A DNA stretch of 64,000 bases from an uncultured Rivularia sp. (GTDB lineage Bacteria > Cyanobacteriota > Cyanobacteriia > Cyanobacteriales > Nostocaceae), in contig OY762007.1 of assembly GCA_963665115.1 (NCBI GenBank), positions 192,001-256,000 on the forward strand. Reading direction: 5' to 3'. The notes beneath the pieces are model-generated. The model saw only the letters and a list, made by a program, of their open reading frames with translations. It made no database searches and was not told the DNA's origin. Below, in pieces: positions 10,640-19,157 of this stretch (positions are counted from its first letter, which is position 1; the number at the start of each line of letters is the position of its first letter). The position numbers and the translations under genes were made by a program.

Positions 10640-11124
10640 TTTCAACCGCCGGATTATGCACCATCCTTAACTTGTAGTACGTATGCTACGCAATAAAGTC
10701 AAAACTCCGCAAATGCAAGCGCTGATATGATTCCATAGCGGGCAAAAGCTTCTCAGTAACTGGATTAAGAAAACTGTTGTCTTATCTTAAATTACCCGAA
10801 GGTAATCCAAAATCATCAAACAATTCTCAAATATGAGGTTCGCTTTTTCTTTCCAGAATTTCCAGAGAAAAACTGAATCGAGCCAATGAAGCCCATACTC
10901 AATTTAAGGAGAAAACAATTGCTCTAGCTACTTCACCATCACTACCGAATGTTAACAAGTAACAAACAATTGCAGGCACTTACATTGCGGAGTTTGCCTC
11001 TTGCGAAGCATTTGTTGGAATTACGCCCCCCTGTTTCGATCTCTCGAACATCGGGAACCTTTCTAGCAAGGAGCTTAGGAGCGTTATTGCAGATTGTTCT
11101 GACTACCGTGACAGGGTAGGGTGT
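10640..11124 (-). ncRNA. candidate large structured non-coding RNA (~490 nt)
   Basis: No ORF; GAGA and GCAA GNRA hairpins, cUUCGg hairpin, long-range helices with G-U pairs valid only on the minus strand; boundaries approximate. Confidence 0.65.
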
Positions 11125-11199
11125 TGGTTGAAAGTACAGGAATTGAACCTGCTAATCATAGATTATGAGTCTATTGCTCTACCAGTGAGCTAACTTCCG
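11125..11199 (-). tRNA. tRNA-like cloverleaf, anticodon CAU (Met/fMet/Ile2-like), encoded CCA
   Basis: CGGAAGT TA GCTC ACTGGTA GAGC A ATAGA CTCATAA TCTAT GATTA GCAGG TTCAATT CCTGT ACTTTCA ACCA; C1:A72 mismatch. Confidence 0.8.
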
Positions 11200-11201
11200 G
11201 G

Positions 11202-11273
11202 TGCTTAATGCAGGAATCGAACCTACGAATGATAGATTTAGCGTCTATTGCTTTACCACTTAGCAAATTAAGC
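11202..11273 (-). tRNA. tRNA-like cloverleaf, anticodon position CUA (amber-reading), non-canonical G33
   Basis: GCTTAAT TT GCT AAGTGGTAA AGC A ATAGA CGCTAAA TCTAT CATTC GTAGG TTCGATT CCTGC ATTAAGC A; perfect 7-bp acceptor stem. Confidence 0.75.
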
Positions 11274-11379
11274 TGTTGAAATAGTTTCAAGTTGTTCGCG
11301 GTATACGCTTTAAGCATTGCTCGGCGCACCAGTCGGATATACAGAATCCGAACTATAGCGAAGCTTTACTATTACCTCA

Positions 11380-11412
11380 CTACAAATGTAGCACATTAAA
11401 ATACAATGGCAA
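11380..11412 (-). promoter_or_regulatory. putative sigma70 promoter TTGCCA-N16-TACATT (extended TGn) with overlapping CTACA-N2-TGTAG palindrome
   Basis: -35 at 11412-11407, -10 at 11390-11385, palindrome 11380-11391. Confidence 0.5.
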
Positions 11413-11564
11413 GTTTGGTTGGTGTTGGGGCGTAGGGGAGACGTAGCAGTGCTACGTCTCTACATTCATTTTCGTGATGCAATTTAGGGAAGGAATTACA
11501 GTCAACGTTTTTTTCTTGATGATAGATAAGTTATAAATATTGCGTAGTTTTCTAATTCGATGGC

Positions 11565-11795
11565 GTGAAAATATTTTGCAAACAGAGTTTAATCTCGATA
11601 TTTAGATTAGTAATTTTACTGTCTTTAGTGAAACCATCTTTAGCGAGAGCAGATGTTTTACCGCCGGAAGAAGAATATATAGAATCTTTGAAAAACAATA
11701 AAGCCCTTATTTTAGTTACGCCGATTTTGGGGGTTTCTTTAATTGCTGGGGTTGTGTATTGGAAAAAATCAAAAAATGTGAAGAAAGATGAATAA
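11565..11795 (+). CDS. mini-paralog of the downstream gene: signal peptide + short linker + C-terminal TM/basic tail
   Basis: N- and C-termini and upstream DNA align with 11901-12575; middle absent. Confidence 0.6.
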   Translation: MKIFCKQSLISIFRLVILLSLVKPSLARADVLPPEEEYIESLKNNKALILVTPILGVSLIAGVVYWKKSKNVKKDE

Positions 11796-11900
11796 TAATA
11801 TTTTGCATAAATGAGCAATTTTATTTACAGGCTGTGGATAAGTATGCAATTTAATAATTGTTAGGTTATAAATAATACGTAGTTTTTCCAATCAAACAAC

Positions 11901-12575
11901 GTGAGAATATTTCGCAAGCAGAGTTTAATCTCAATATTCCCTTTAGGAATTTTATTGACTTTATTTAAACCATCTTTAGCACGAGCAGATGTTGTAACTC
12001 CAGGTATGAGCCGTGTAAGATATTGTTTCAAAATAAATAATATTGATAAATATCCAGATCATTTGTTTTTAGTAATGAGAAAGTATGAAGGTCCTGGTTA
12101 TCCATCAAATGAGTTATTAAAATCGGGAAAATGTGTGGATTTGAGTGGTTATCGAGAATATGCTGAAGTTTATGCATTAAAAAAATCAGATATTAATTTA
12201 CAAGAAGACATAGTTTCAAATCAAGGAGGTGATGAGTTAAAAGATTTTGAAAGCAAAAAATCTAAATTAATTACCGCTACAAGGAAAATTCGTCCTATCA
12301 GAAGAATGAAGGATGTTTATCAAATAGCCAGAGTAGCTCAAGCTTATGAAATATCCGAAATTAACAATAGGGATTTAAGCTTGAGAAGTAGCTCAATTAC
12401 TTATTTTTACAAAAATAACAAATCGGAAACAAAAGCTTATTCTGATGGAGACAAGTTTCCATTGCCTTCAAGCAAGAATACAGCTTTCCTCTGGTATATG
12501 CCAATTTTTGGAATCTCTTTGATTAGCGGGGCTGCTTACTGGAAGAAATTAAATAAATCTAACAAAGGCGAATGA
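11901..12575 (+). CDS. exported hypothetical protein with C-terminal membrane anchor
   Basis: Signal peptide ending ARA-D; C-terminal hydrophobic helix followed by WKKLNK. Confidence 0.75.
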   Translation: MRIFRKQSLISIFPLGILLTLFKPSLARADVVTPGMSRVRYCFKINNIDKYPDHLFLVMRKYEGPGYPSNELLKSGKCVDLSGYREYAEVYALKKSDINLQEDIVSNQGGDELKDFESKKSKLITATRKIRPIRRMKDVYQIARVAQAYEISEINNRDLSLRSSSITYFYKNNKSETKAYSDGDKFPLPSSKNTAFLWYMPIFGISLISGAAYWKKLNKSNKGE

Positions 12576-13543
12576 TAAAAATTATTGCAGCCACTTTGTT
12601 AATATTAACTGCTGCTTTTGTATCGGTAGCCTTTCCTCTTGCGACTTATACTTTAACATTAGCGAGTTTTGGGCTGGCTCACGTTTTAACTGAGTTACGT
12701 TATCTAGATTTGCGTTTTCGTCAACGTGTAGATTTTGATTTACAAATAAAAATATTTATTCTGCTTCTAGTAATAGTTAATTTACGGATTTCGCAACTTA
12801 TAGGTGTAATTCATTCTTCGATAAGCGTTTGTTTGGAATTAATTTGTGTAATTGGTTTAGTTGCGCTGGTTATTCCAACTTTAAAAGCCAAAGATCGGAA
12901 ATTGGAAATTTTAGGTATCTTAGTTTGTACTATCCTTTTTGCTGGAGTATTTTGGATACCCATCTTAATGATGGTGCTTCTCGCTGTTTTACACAATATT
13001 ACTCCGGTAGGGTTTATTGCAGAAAGATTAAAAGGTTTGCAGCGAAAATTTGCTTTATTTATCTGTTTTATTGTATTTGCAATAATTCCATCTATAATTA
13101 TCACTGGATATCCTTATAATTTTTTATCTTCTTTAAATTTAGTTGCACCATCTGCCGATATTTTACAAGCTGGAAACCTGCAACTTCACTTAGGTGCATT
13201 TGTTCCTCAACAACTACATGAAATGCCAATGGCGCAAAATGCATTTTCCGCAGCAGTGTTTCTCCAATGTATGCACTATGCTGTAGTTTTAGGTGTATTA
13301 CCTAACTGGGAGAAAAACAGAAACAATAATTTTGTCAGTCATTTTTTGGTATGGAATCGTCAAAATATATTTGAAAAAGTAGTAATATTTTTAAGTACGT
13401 TGATATTTATTTACTTCGCTCAATCCTTTACCGATGCGCGTAAACTATACTCAATAGCAGCAGCGATTCACGCTTGGGTAGAATTCCCGATTTTACTTTT
13501 AGCTTTAGCAATTCCGGCTAAAGAAGAAAAAATAATAATTTAA
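12572..13543 (+). CDS. polytopic membrane protein with four His motifs, function unknown
   Basis: ATGA overlap with upstream gene; FGLAHVLTELRY, VLHNITPVGF, QCMHYAVV, AIHAWVEFP. Confidence 0.75.
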   Translation: MIKIIAATLLILTAAFVSVAFPLATYTLTLASFGLAHVLTELRYLDLRFRQRVDFDLQIKIFILLLVIVNLRISQLIGVIHSSISVCLELICVIGLVALVIPTLKAKDRKLEILGILVCTILFAGVFWIPILMMVLLAVLHNITPVGFIAERLKGLQRKFALFICFIVFAIIPSIIITGYPYNFLSSLNLVAPSADILQAGNLQLHLGAFVPQQLHEMPMAQNAFSAAVFLQCMHYAVVLGVLPNWEKNRNNNFVSHFLVWNRQNIFEKVVIFLSTLIFIYFAQSFTDARKLYSIAAAIHAWVEFPILLLALAIPAKEEKIII

Positions 13544-13560
13544 TTACCAATCCCCAATCC

Positions 13561-13926
13561 CTATAACATAAATTCAATCAGTCGATAAATAATTATTCCA
13601 CCACAAAAAGAAGCAATATTAGCAATCATTGATAAATACAGTCCTTTTCTCCATCCTAAATCCAAAACTTGCGAATATAAAAAGCCTTCAACAAAGATAA
13701 CAATAGATTCAATTATAATTACCCTAAGTGGAAATATGAAGTCAGAAATAATTATTTGATTGCTCGTCCATGCTAGGGGATGAGTTAAAAGAGTCGCACC
13801 GCAAGCCAAAGCAAACATTGCTAATAATTCGACTGAAGACGAAAATCGCTGTAGAAAATGAGTTAGCAATAAAATAATTGGAATTTCAATAGCTAAGGAA
13901 ATTAGTAAAGCTATGAATTGAGTCAT
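13561..13926 (-). CDS. small hydrophobic membrane protein
   Basis: 121 aa, 4 TM with intramembrane Glu (AIEIP, IIESIVIFVEG) and THP, ANIASF. Confidence 0.7.
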   Translation of the reverse strand: MTQFIALLISLAIEIPIILLLTHFLQRFSSSVELLAMFALACGATLLTHPLAWTSNQIIISDFIFPLRVIIIESIVIFVEGFLYSQVLDLGWRKGLYLSMIANIASFCGGIIIYRLIEFML

Positions 13927-14130
13927 TGATTGCGGTTTTGAATTGCATCAATTATACCAGCATTTTAGAAGCAATTAAGAGCAGAGGGAAAATAAGGGCA
14001 GATCATTTCTATAAACTATAATTGCTAACTTTGACTTTATATGATATTAAAATATTTGGTAAAAGATAAAACATCAAAATTTTACCTCTTTCTACCGTTC
14101 CCCGTTTTCCGTTCCTTTATACTAAATAGT

Positions 14131-14676
14131 ATGTATAAATTTGCAGCAGCAAGCGTTGATGAAACTATTGTATATGGTTCTGGAAGACCACAATACAGTG
14201 ACGAAAAGGTTTTGCAATGGATTGAGTTTATGCAAAGTCAAAATATCAAGCGCATTTGCTGTTTGCTTGCTCCTCGTCAATTAAATAATTATTCAAATCT
14301 ATTAGAATTATATCAAAAGCAATTTGGATCAAAACAAGTTTGTTGGGCACCGATTGAAGATTTTAATTTAATTGATAAGCAATTATTAATCCAAGAAATA
14401 TTGCCATTTTTAGCAGAAGGCGATCGCCAAAATGAAAAAGTAGTAGTTCACTGCTCCGCTGGAATTGGACGCACGGGACAGGTTTTAGCAGCATGGTTAG
14501 TTTATGGAAGAGGATTTTCTAATCAAGAAGCAATATCAACAGTTATGCGAATGAAAAGAAATCCCTATGAATTTATAGTTACAACTGCAATGAAAGGTAA
14601 AAATCCTTGGAAAGCAATCTCGCAATTAAATCTACTTTTAGATGATTGTCGTAATTTTGGCGGAAAAAACAGATAA
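14131..14676 (+). CDS. dual-specificity/Cys-based protein phosphatase
   Basis: HCSAGIGRTG catalytic loop; likely start MYKFAAAS at 14131 (ORF open from 14041). Confidence 0.85.
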   Translation: MYKFAAASVDETIVYGSGRPQYSDEKVLQWIEFMQSQNIKRICCLLAPRQLNNYSNLLELYQKQFGSKQVCWAPIEDFNLIDKQLLIQEILPFLAEGDRQNEKVVVHCSAGIGRTGQVLAAWLVYGRGFSNQEAISTVMRMKRNPYEFIVTTAMKGKNPWKAISQLNLLLDDCRNFGGKNR

Positions 14677-14778
14677 CTATTATAGGTTTGTAGTAAGGAC
14701 TTTAGTCCTCAAATCAAAGGGCTGAAGCCCTGACTACGAACTTTGATTACTAGTTAAAAACACTTCAATTAAACAATC

Positions 14779-16317
14779 ATGCATAAAACAAGTCAACCCG
14801 ACCCCGTTCGTTTAGAAATCTTTAAAAATATTTATCAATTTATTGCCGAACAAATGGGAATCGTGCTGCAAAATACGGCAGCATCGGTAAATATTAAAGA
14901 ACGTTTAGACTTTTCCTGTGCAATCTTTGAAACTTCGGGTTTATTAGTTGCAAATGCTCCTCATATTCCCGTACATTTAGGTTCAATGAGTGAAAGCGTC
15001 CGCAGTTTAATTAACGATAAAGCAGACACTTTAAAATCGGGAAACGTATATTTATCAAATAACCCTTATAACGGCGGAACTCATCTTCCCGACGTAACGG
15101 CAATTACCCCTGTTTTCTCTTCTTCTAATAGTCCCATCTTTTACGTTGCTTCTCGCGGACATCAAGCGGATATTGGCGGAATTACACCCGGTTCGATGCC
15201 TCCTCATAGTAAAACTATAGAAGAGGAAGGTATTTTATTTGATAATTTTCTTTTAGTTGAATCAGGAAATTTTCGAGAACTAGCAGTTAGAGAAATACTA
15301 GCAAATCATGCTTATCCAGCTAGAAATCCCGACCAAAATATAGCTGACTTTAAAGCACAAATTGCTGCTAATAATCGTGGAGTTCAAGAACTTCTGAAGA
15401 TGGTTGAGCAATATAGCTTAGAAGTAGTCCAAGATTATATGAAATTTGTGCAGGATAATGCCGAAGAAGCAGTACGAAAAGCAATTGACGTTTTAAAAGA
15501 TGGTTCGTTTAGTTATGAAATGGATAGCGGTGCGGAAATTAAAGTTAATGTTACCATCAATAAAGAAAATCGCAGCGCCAAAATAGATTTTACCGGCACA
15601 TCCAAACAGCTACATAGTAACTTTAATGCTCCCAAAGCTGTAACTCAAGCTGCCGTTTTATACGTCTTCCGTACCTTAGTTAAAGATAATATTCCCCTCA
15701 ATGCAGGTTGTCTCAATCCTTTAGAAATTATTATTCCCCAAGGCTGTATGCTCAATCCAACTTATCCAGCAGCAGTAGTAGCGGGTAATGTGGAAACTTC
15801 TCAAACAATCGTCGATGCTTTATATGGTGCTTTAGGAATAATGTCTGGTTCTCAAGGCACCATGAATAACTTTACTTTTGGCAATGAAAACTATCAATAT
15901 TACGAAACAATATGTGGTGGCTCCGGTGCTGGTGAAGACTTTGACGGTACGGATGCAGTGCAAACCCATATGACGAATTCGCGTTTAACCGATCCAGAAG
16001 TATTAGAAACGCGATATCCCGTACTTTTAGAAAACTTTAGCTTGCGTCTCGGTAGCGGCGGTAAAGGAAAACATTCGGGTGGTAATGGAGTGATTCGTCG
16101 CATCCAATTTTTAGAAAATATGACAGCGAATATTCTTTGCAGTCACCGTTTAATATCTCCCTTTGGTTTAAATAATGGAGAGGCAGGAAAAGTTGGACGT
16201 AATTTAGTAATACGTAAAGATGGAAGCGAGGAGAAATTAGATAGTACCGCAACAGTTGAAATGAAACCTGGAGATGTTTTTATCATCGAAACTCCTGGTG
16301 GTGGTGGATTTGGATGA
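14779..16317 (+). CDS. hydantoinase B / 5-oxoprolinase subunit
   Basis: IKERLDFSCA, HIPVHLGSM, PYNGGTHLPD, HQADIGG, HMTNSRLTDPE, ETPGGGGFG. Confidence 0.9.
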   Translation: MHKTSQPDPVRLEIFKNIYQFIAEQMGIVLQNTAASVNIKERLDFSCAIFETSGLLVANAPHIPVHLGSMSESVRSLINDKADTLKSGNVYLSNNPYNGGTHLPDVTAITPVFSSSNSPIFYVASRGHQADIGGITPGSMPPHSKTIEEEGILFDNFLLVESGNFRELAVREILANHAYPARNPDQNIADFKAQIAANNRGVQELLKMVEQYSLEVVQDYMKFVQDNAEEAVRKAIDVLKDGSFSYEMDSGAEIKVNVTINKENRSAKIDFTGTSKQLHSNFNAPKAVTQAAVLYVFRTLVKDNIPLNAGCLNPLEIIIPQGCMLNPTYPAAVVAGNVETSQTIVDALYGALGIMSGSQGTMNNFTFGNENYQYYETICGGSGAGEDFDGTDAVQTHMTNSRLTDPEVLETRYPVLLENFSLRLGSGGKGKHSGGNGVIRRIQFLENMTANILCSHRLISPFGLNNGEAGKVGRNLVIRKDGSEEKLDSTATVEMKPGDVFIIETPGGGGFG

Positions 16318-16404
16318 TTTAGATTTTGGAATAGGCTCGTAGTAAGCGATTTATCGCCTCCGAATTCCTAATTATCAGGCGTAGACAGTGCTACTACGAA
16401 CTAT

Positions 16405-16509
16405 TACAGCACTTTGCAGGTATATGAGGTACATTTCCCTACTCCCTACTCCCTACTCACTACTTCCTCTAGAAAAGATGTGTACCTCACTTAAATGAAA
16501 TCTGCTGTA
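16405..16509. mobile_element. MITE-like element with ~29-bp imperfect TIRs (TACAGCA...GAGGTACA) and internal CTACTCC repeats
   Basis: Left TACAGCACTTTGCAGGTATATGAGGTACA vs reverse complement of right end TACAGCAGATTTCATTTAAGTGAGGTACA. Confidence 0.6.
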
Positions 16510-16589
16510 TATTCCCTATTGCCTTTTTAAAATAATTTAATTAGCATACTAACTACTGAATAACCAACATTAAGAGATTTTCAAAACAC

Positions 16590-17012
16590 ATGATTAAAAA
16601 TACTTGCTTAAAATTACTTCGTAAAATAACGCTCCTTTCGACTGTTTTTTTATTGGTATTTTCTACTATTTCCTGTACCGATAATCAAGCAAATCCTCCA
16701 CAAGTTGAAGCTATCGAAACACCTTCTCCACCAACTACTTCATCTACAGAAGAATTACCTGCAACAGTGCAAAGTGCAGTTTTATCAGATGCAACAAAAC
16801 GTGTTAGTAAACCTGTAGCTGCACTGCGGATAACTCAAACACAAAAAGAAAGTTGGGCAGATAGTTGTTTGGGATTAGCAGAATCGGGTAAGCTTTGCGC
16901 TCAGGTAATAGTGCCCGGTTGGAAAGTTGTAGTCAGTGATGGGCAGCGCGAGTTGGTTTATCGTACAGATGAGAAAGGTAAACAAGTGAAATTAGAAGAG
17001 TTGCAAAAGTAA
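16590..17012 (+). CDS. hypothetical lipoprotein
   Basis: Lipobox-like TISC; WADSCLG...CAQVIVPGW motif. Confidence 0.7.
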   Translation: MIKNTCLKLLRKITLLSTVFLLVFSTISCTDNQANPPQVEAIETPSPPTTSSTEELPATVQSAVLSDATKRVSKPVAALRITQTQKESWADSCLGLAESGKLCAQVIVPGWKVVVSDGQRELVYRTDEKGKQVKLEELQK

Positions 17013-17194
17013 TCTCCCCTACTCCCTATCAATACAAGCAGGGAAAACGGAGGAAGCTGAGGGGTAGAGGTAGTGCGTTAGCGTTCACGCGGAGCGTGCG
17101 GCTCAGCGTGTCCCGAAGGACATACTTCTAGCTCGCTGTTTGTAATTCGCTACCCGAGACACTTGCTGCCAGAAATATTCCCCAAAACCTTCGG

Positions 17195-17482
17195 TTAACT
17201 CAAAGCAATAATTCTCGATCCGATAACCCCAATTAGTACAATTAAACCCAAACCTCGACGAAAATAATTAACTCCCGAAAATAATTCCTGCCAACCCCAA
17301 GTAAATATACAGCCGAAAGCCAGTACTTCTAAACCTGTATTAACATCTCCTTTAGTAAAAAATAGTTGTAATAAACTAGCTACAAGCCAAACAATCAGTG
17401 GTGGGTTTGGTGGTTGAGCAATGACAATATTGCCATCATCGTCGCGGAATACTTTATCGAATAAGGTATTTTGCATTGTCAT
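17195..17482 (-). CDS. small hypothetical membrane protein
   Basis: IAQPPNPPL, WQELFSGVNYFRR; hydrophobic segments. Confidence 0.7.
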   Translation of the reverse strand: MTMQNTLFDKVFRDDDGNIVIAQPPNPPLIVWLVASLLQLFFTKGDVNTGLEVLAFGCIFTWGWQELFSGVNYFRRGLGLIVLIGVIGSRIIALS

Positions 17483-17732
17483 AATAAACCTACTAGTAAT
17501 TCTTGAGAAATATAGAAAAAGAGAACAGCCAAAATTTTGCTATTGATTTCTAATAAAGGCTTTTCATGTCACTAATGTTAAAACAGCAGATGCCAAAAAA
17601 ACTCTACTGTTGGTATGTTGTGGGGTAGCAATGGGCTTTGCGGCTACATCTATTTATATATACCGATAGGACAAAGTTCATAATACGTAACTTTCATGAG
17701 TTAATAAGAACTAATAACTATCAACCTTCCTC

Positions 17733-18599
17733 ATGATTACAGGTACGACAAAACTACTGGGAATAATCGGACATCCCGTAGAACATTCGCTATCCCCTTT
17801 AATGCAGAATGCTGCTTTAGCAAAGTTAGGATTAGATTATACTTATCTTCCTTTTCCTATCGAACCGCAAAATCTAGCAAAAGCCCTCGATGGATTTGCT
17901 GCAATTGGTGTTGTAGGATTTAACGCTACTATTCCCCACAAACAAGCAATAATACCTTTGCTTTGTGAAGTTGAACCAATCGCTCAAGCTGTAGGTGCAG
18001 TAAATACGGTAGTTCGTCAAGACGATAGATGGATAGGCACAAATACTGATGTCGAAGGGTTTATTGCGCCATTGCGATCGCAAGATAAAAATTGGAGTCA
18101 AATCAATGCAGTGGTTTTAGGTAATGGCGGTGCGGCGAGAGCGGTTGTAGCTGGTTGCTCTCAATTAGGTTGTGCTTCGGTTCATGTGGTGGGACGCAAT
18201 TTTCAAAAGTTAAAAGAATTCCGCGATAGTTGGCAAGATTCGCCAATTCAAGTCAATTTGCAGGTTCATCAATGGGATTCTTTACCAGAAGTAATCAAAC
18301 AAGCGAACTTGTTGATTAACACAACCCCCATCGGGATGTATCCTAATATTGAAAATTCACCGTTGGATGCAGATTTATTCGCGCATCTACCAAAAGGCGC
18401 AATTGCTTACGATTTAATATATACCCCTAGTCCTACAAAATTTTTACAATACGCACAACAAGCAGATAAAACTGCAATTGATGGTTTAGAAATGTTAGTT
18501 CAACAAGGTGCAGCAGCCTTAAAGATTTGGTTGCAAAGGGAAGCTGTTCCTGTTGATGTGATGCGTCAAGCTTTGCAACAACAACTTTATAAAAAGTAA
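17733..18599 (+). CDS. aroE: shikimate dehydrogenase
   Basis: HSLSPLMQN, NATIPHK, GAVNT, NTDVEGF, GNGGAARA, DGLEMLVQQG. Confidence 0.95.
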   Translation: MITGTTKLLGIIGHPVEHSLSPLMQNAALAKLGLDYTYLPFPIEPQNLAKALDGFAAIGVVGFNATIPHKQAIIPLLCEVEPIAQAVGAVNTVVRQDDRWIGTNTDVEGFIAPLRSQDKNWSQINAVVLGNGGAARAVVAGCSQLGCASVHVVGRNFQKLKEFRDSWQDSPIQVNLQVHQWDSLPEVIKQANLLINTTPIGMYPNIENSPLDADLFAHLPKGAIAYDLIYTPSPTKFLQYAQQADKTAIDGLEMLVQQGAAALKIWLQREAVPVDVMRQALQQQLYKK

Positions 18600-18756
18600 A
18601 GAGCCAGAAATAAATCTTTACTTTTAACTATTCCCTATTCTCGTTAACTGACATTTGATAAGTTAAAACTTCAATTTTGATCGGCAATCTTAAACCAAAA
18701 ACTTATTTACTTTTTACACATTTGTCGTATCATTGGTTATAGCAAATGATACATTC

Positions 18757-18772
18757 ATAGATTTTTATCTAT
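18757..18772. promoter_or_regulatory. ATAG-N8-CTAT LysR-type (NdhR/CcmR-like) operator upstream of bicA
   Basis: ATAGATTTTTATCTAT; matches the CcmR-type consensus in the expected context. Confidence 0.55.
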
Positions 18773-19157
18773 GCTAATCAATAAAAAGCATATAGATAAC
18801 TATCTAGGAGTGCAGTAGACTTATTAGCAATGCAATTTGGTGCATTCTTGTATAGTCTCAAAATAATAAAGTCAAAAAATCATCCTTTTGGTGGTAGTCT
18901 TTATTATCGAAGATAGTTTTTACTGTCCTATGGGGTTTTCTCTGAAAATTTTTGCTAATTGAATAACGATAATAAGGTAGTGCGTTGCTCTTCCCAGGGT
19001 TGTAGTGATTGTTGTTGCCACTAATATTTGCTATTACTGCTTTTCAAACTTTAATGTTTGAACAAGTAGGGAAAAGTTTTGCTTAAATTAGCCCTTCGGT
19101 TATAAATTTAAATAATAAAACAAGAACAATTACAACTGAAAATATGGTGTTTAGAAG

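Noticed and set aside
10640..11124. Group I or group II intron
   Set aside because: No recognisable group II 5' GUGYG/domain V or group I P7 core, and no interrupted host gene
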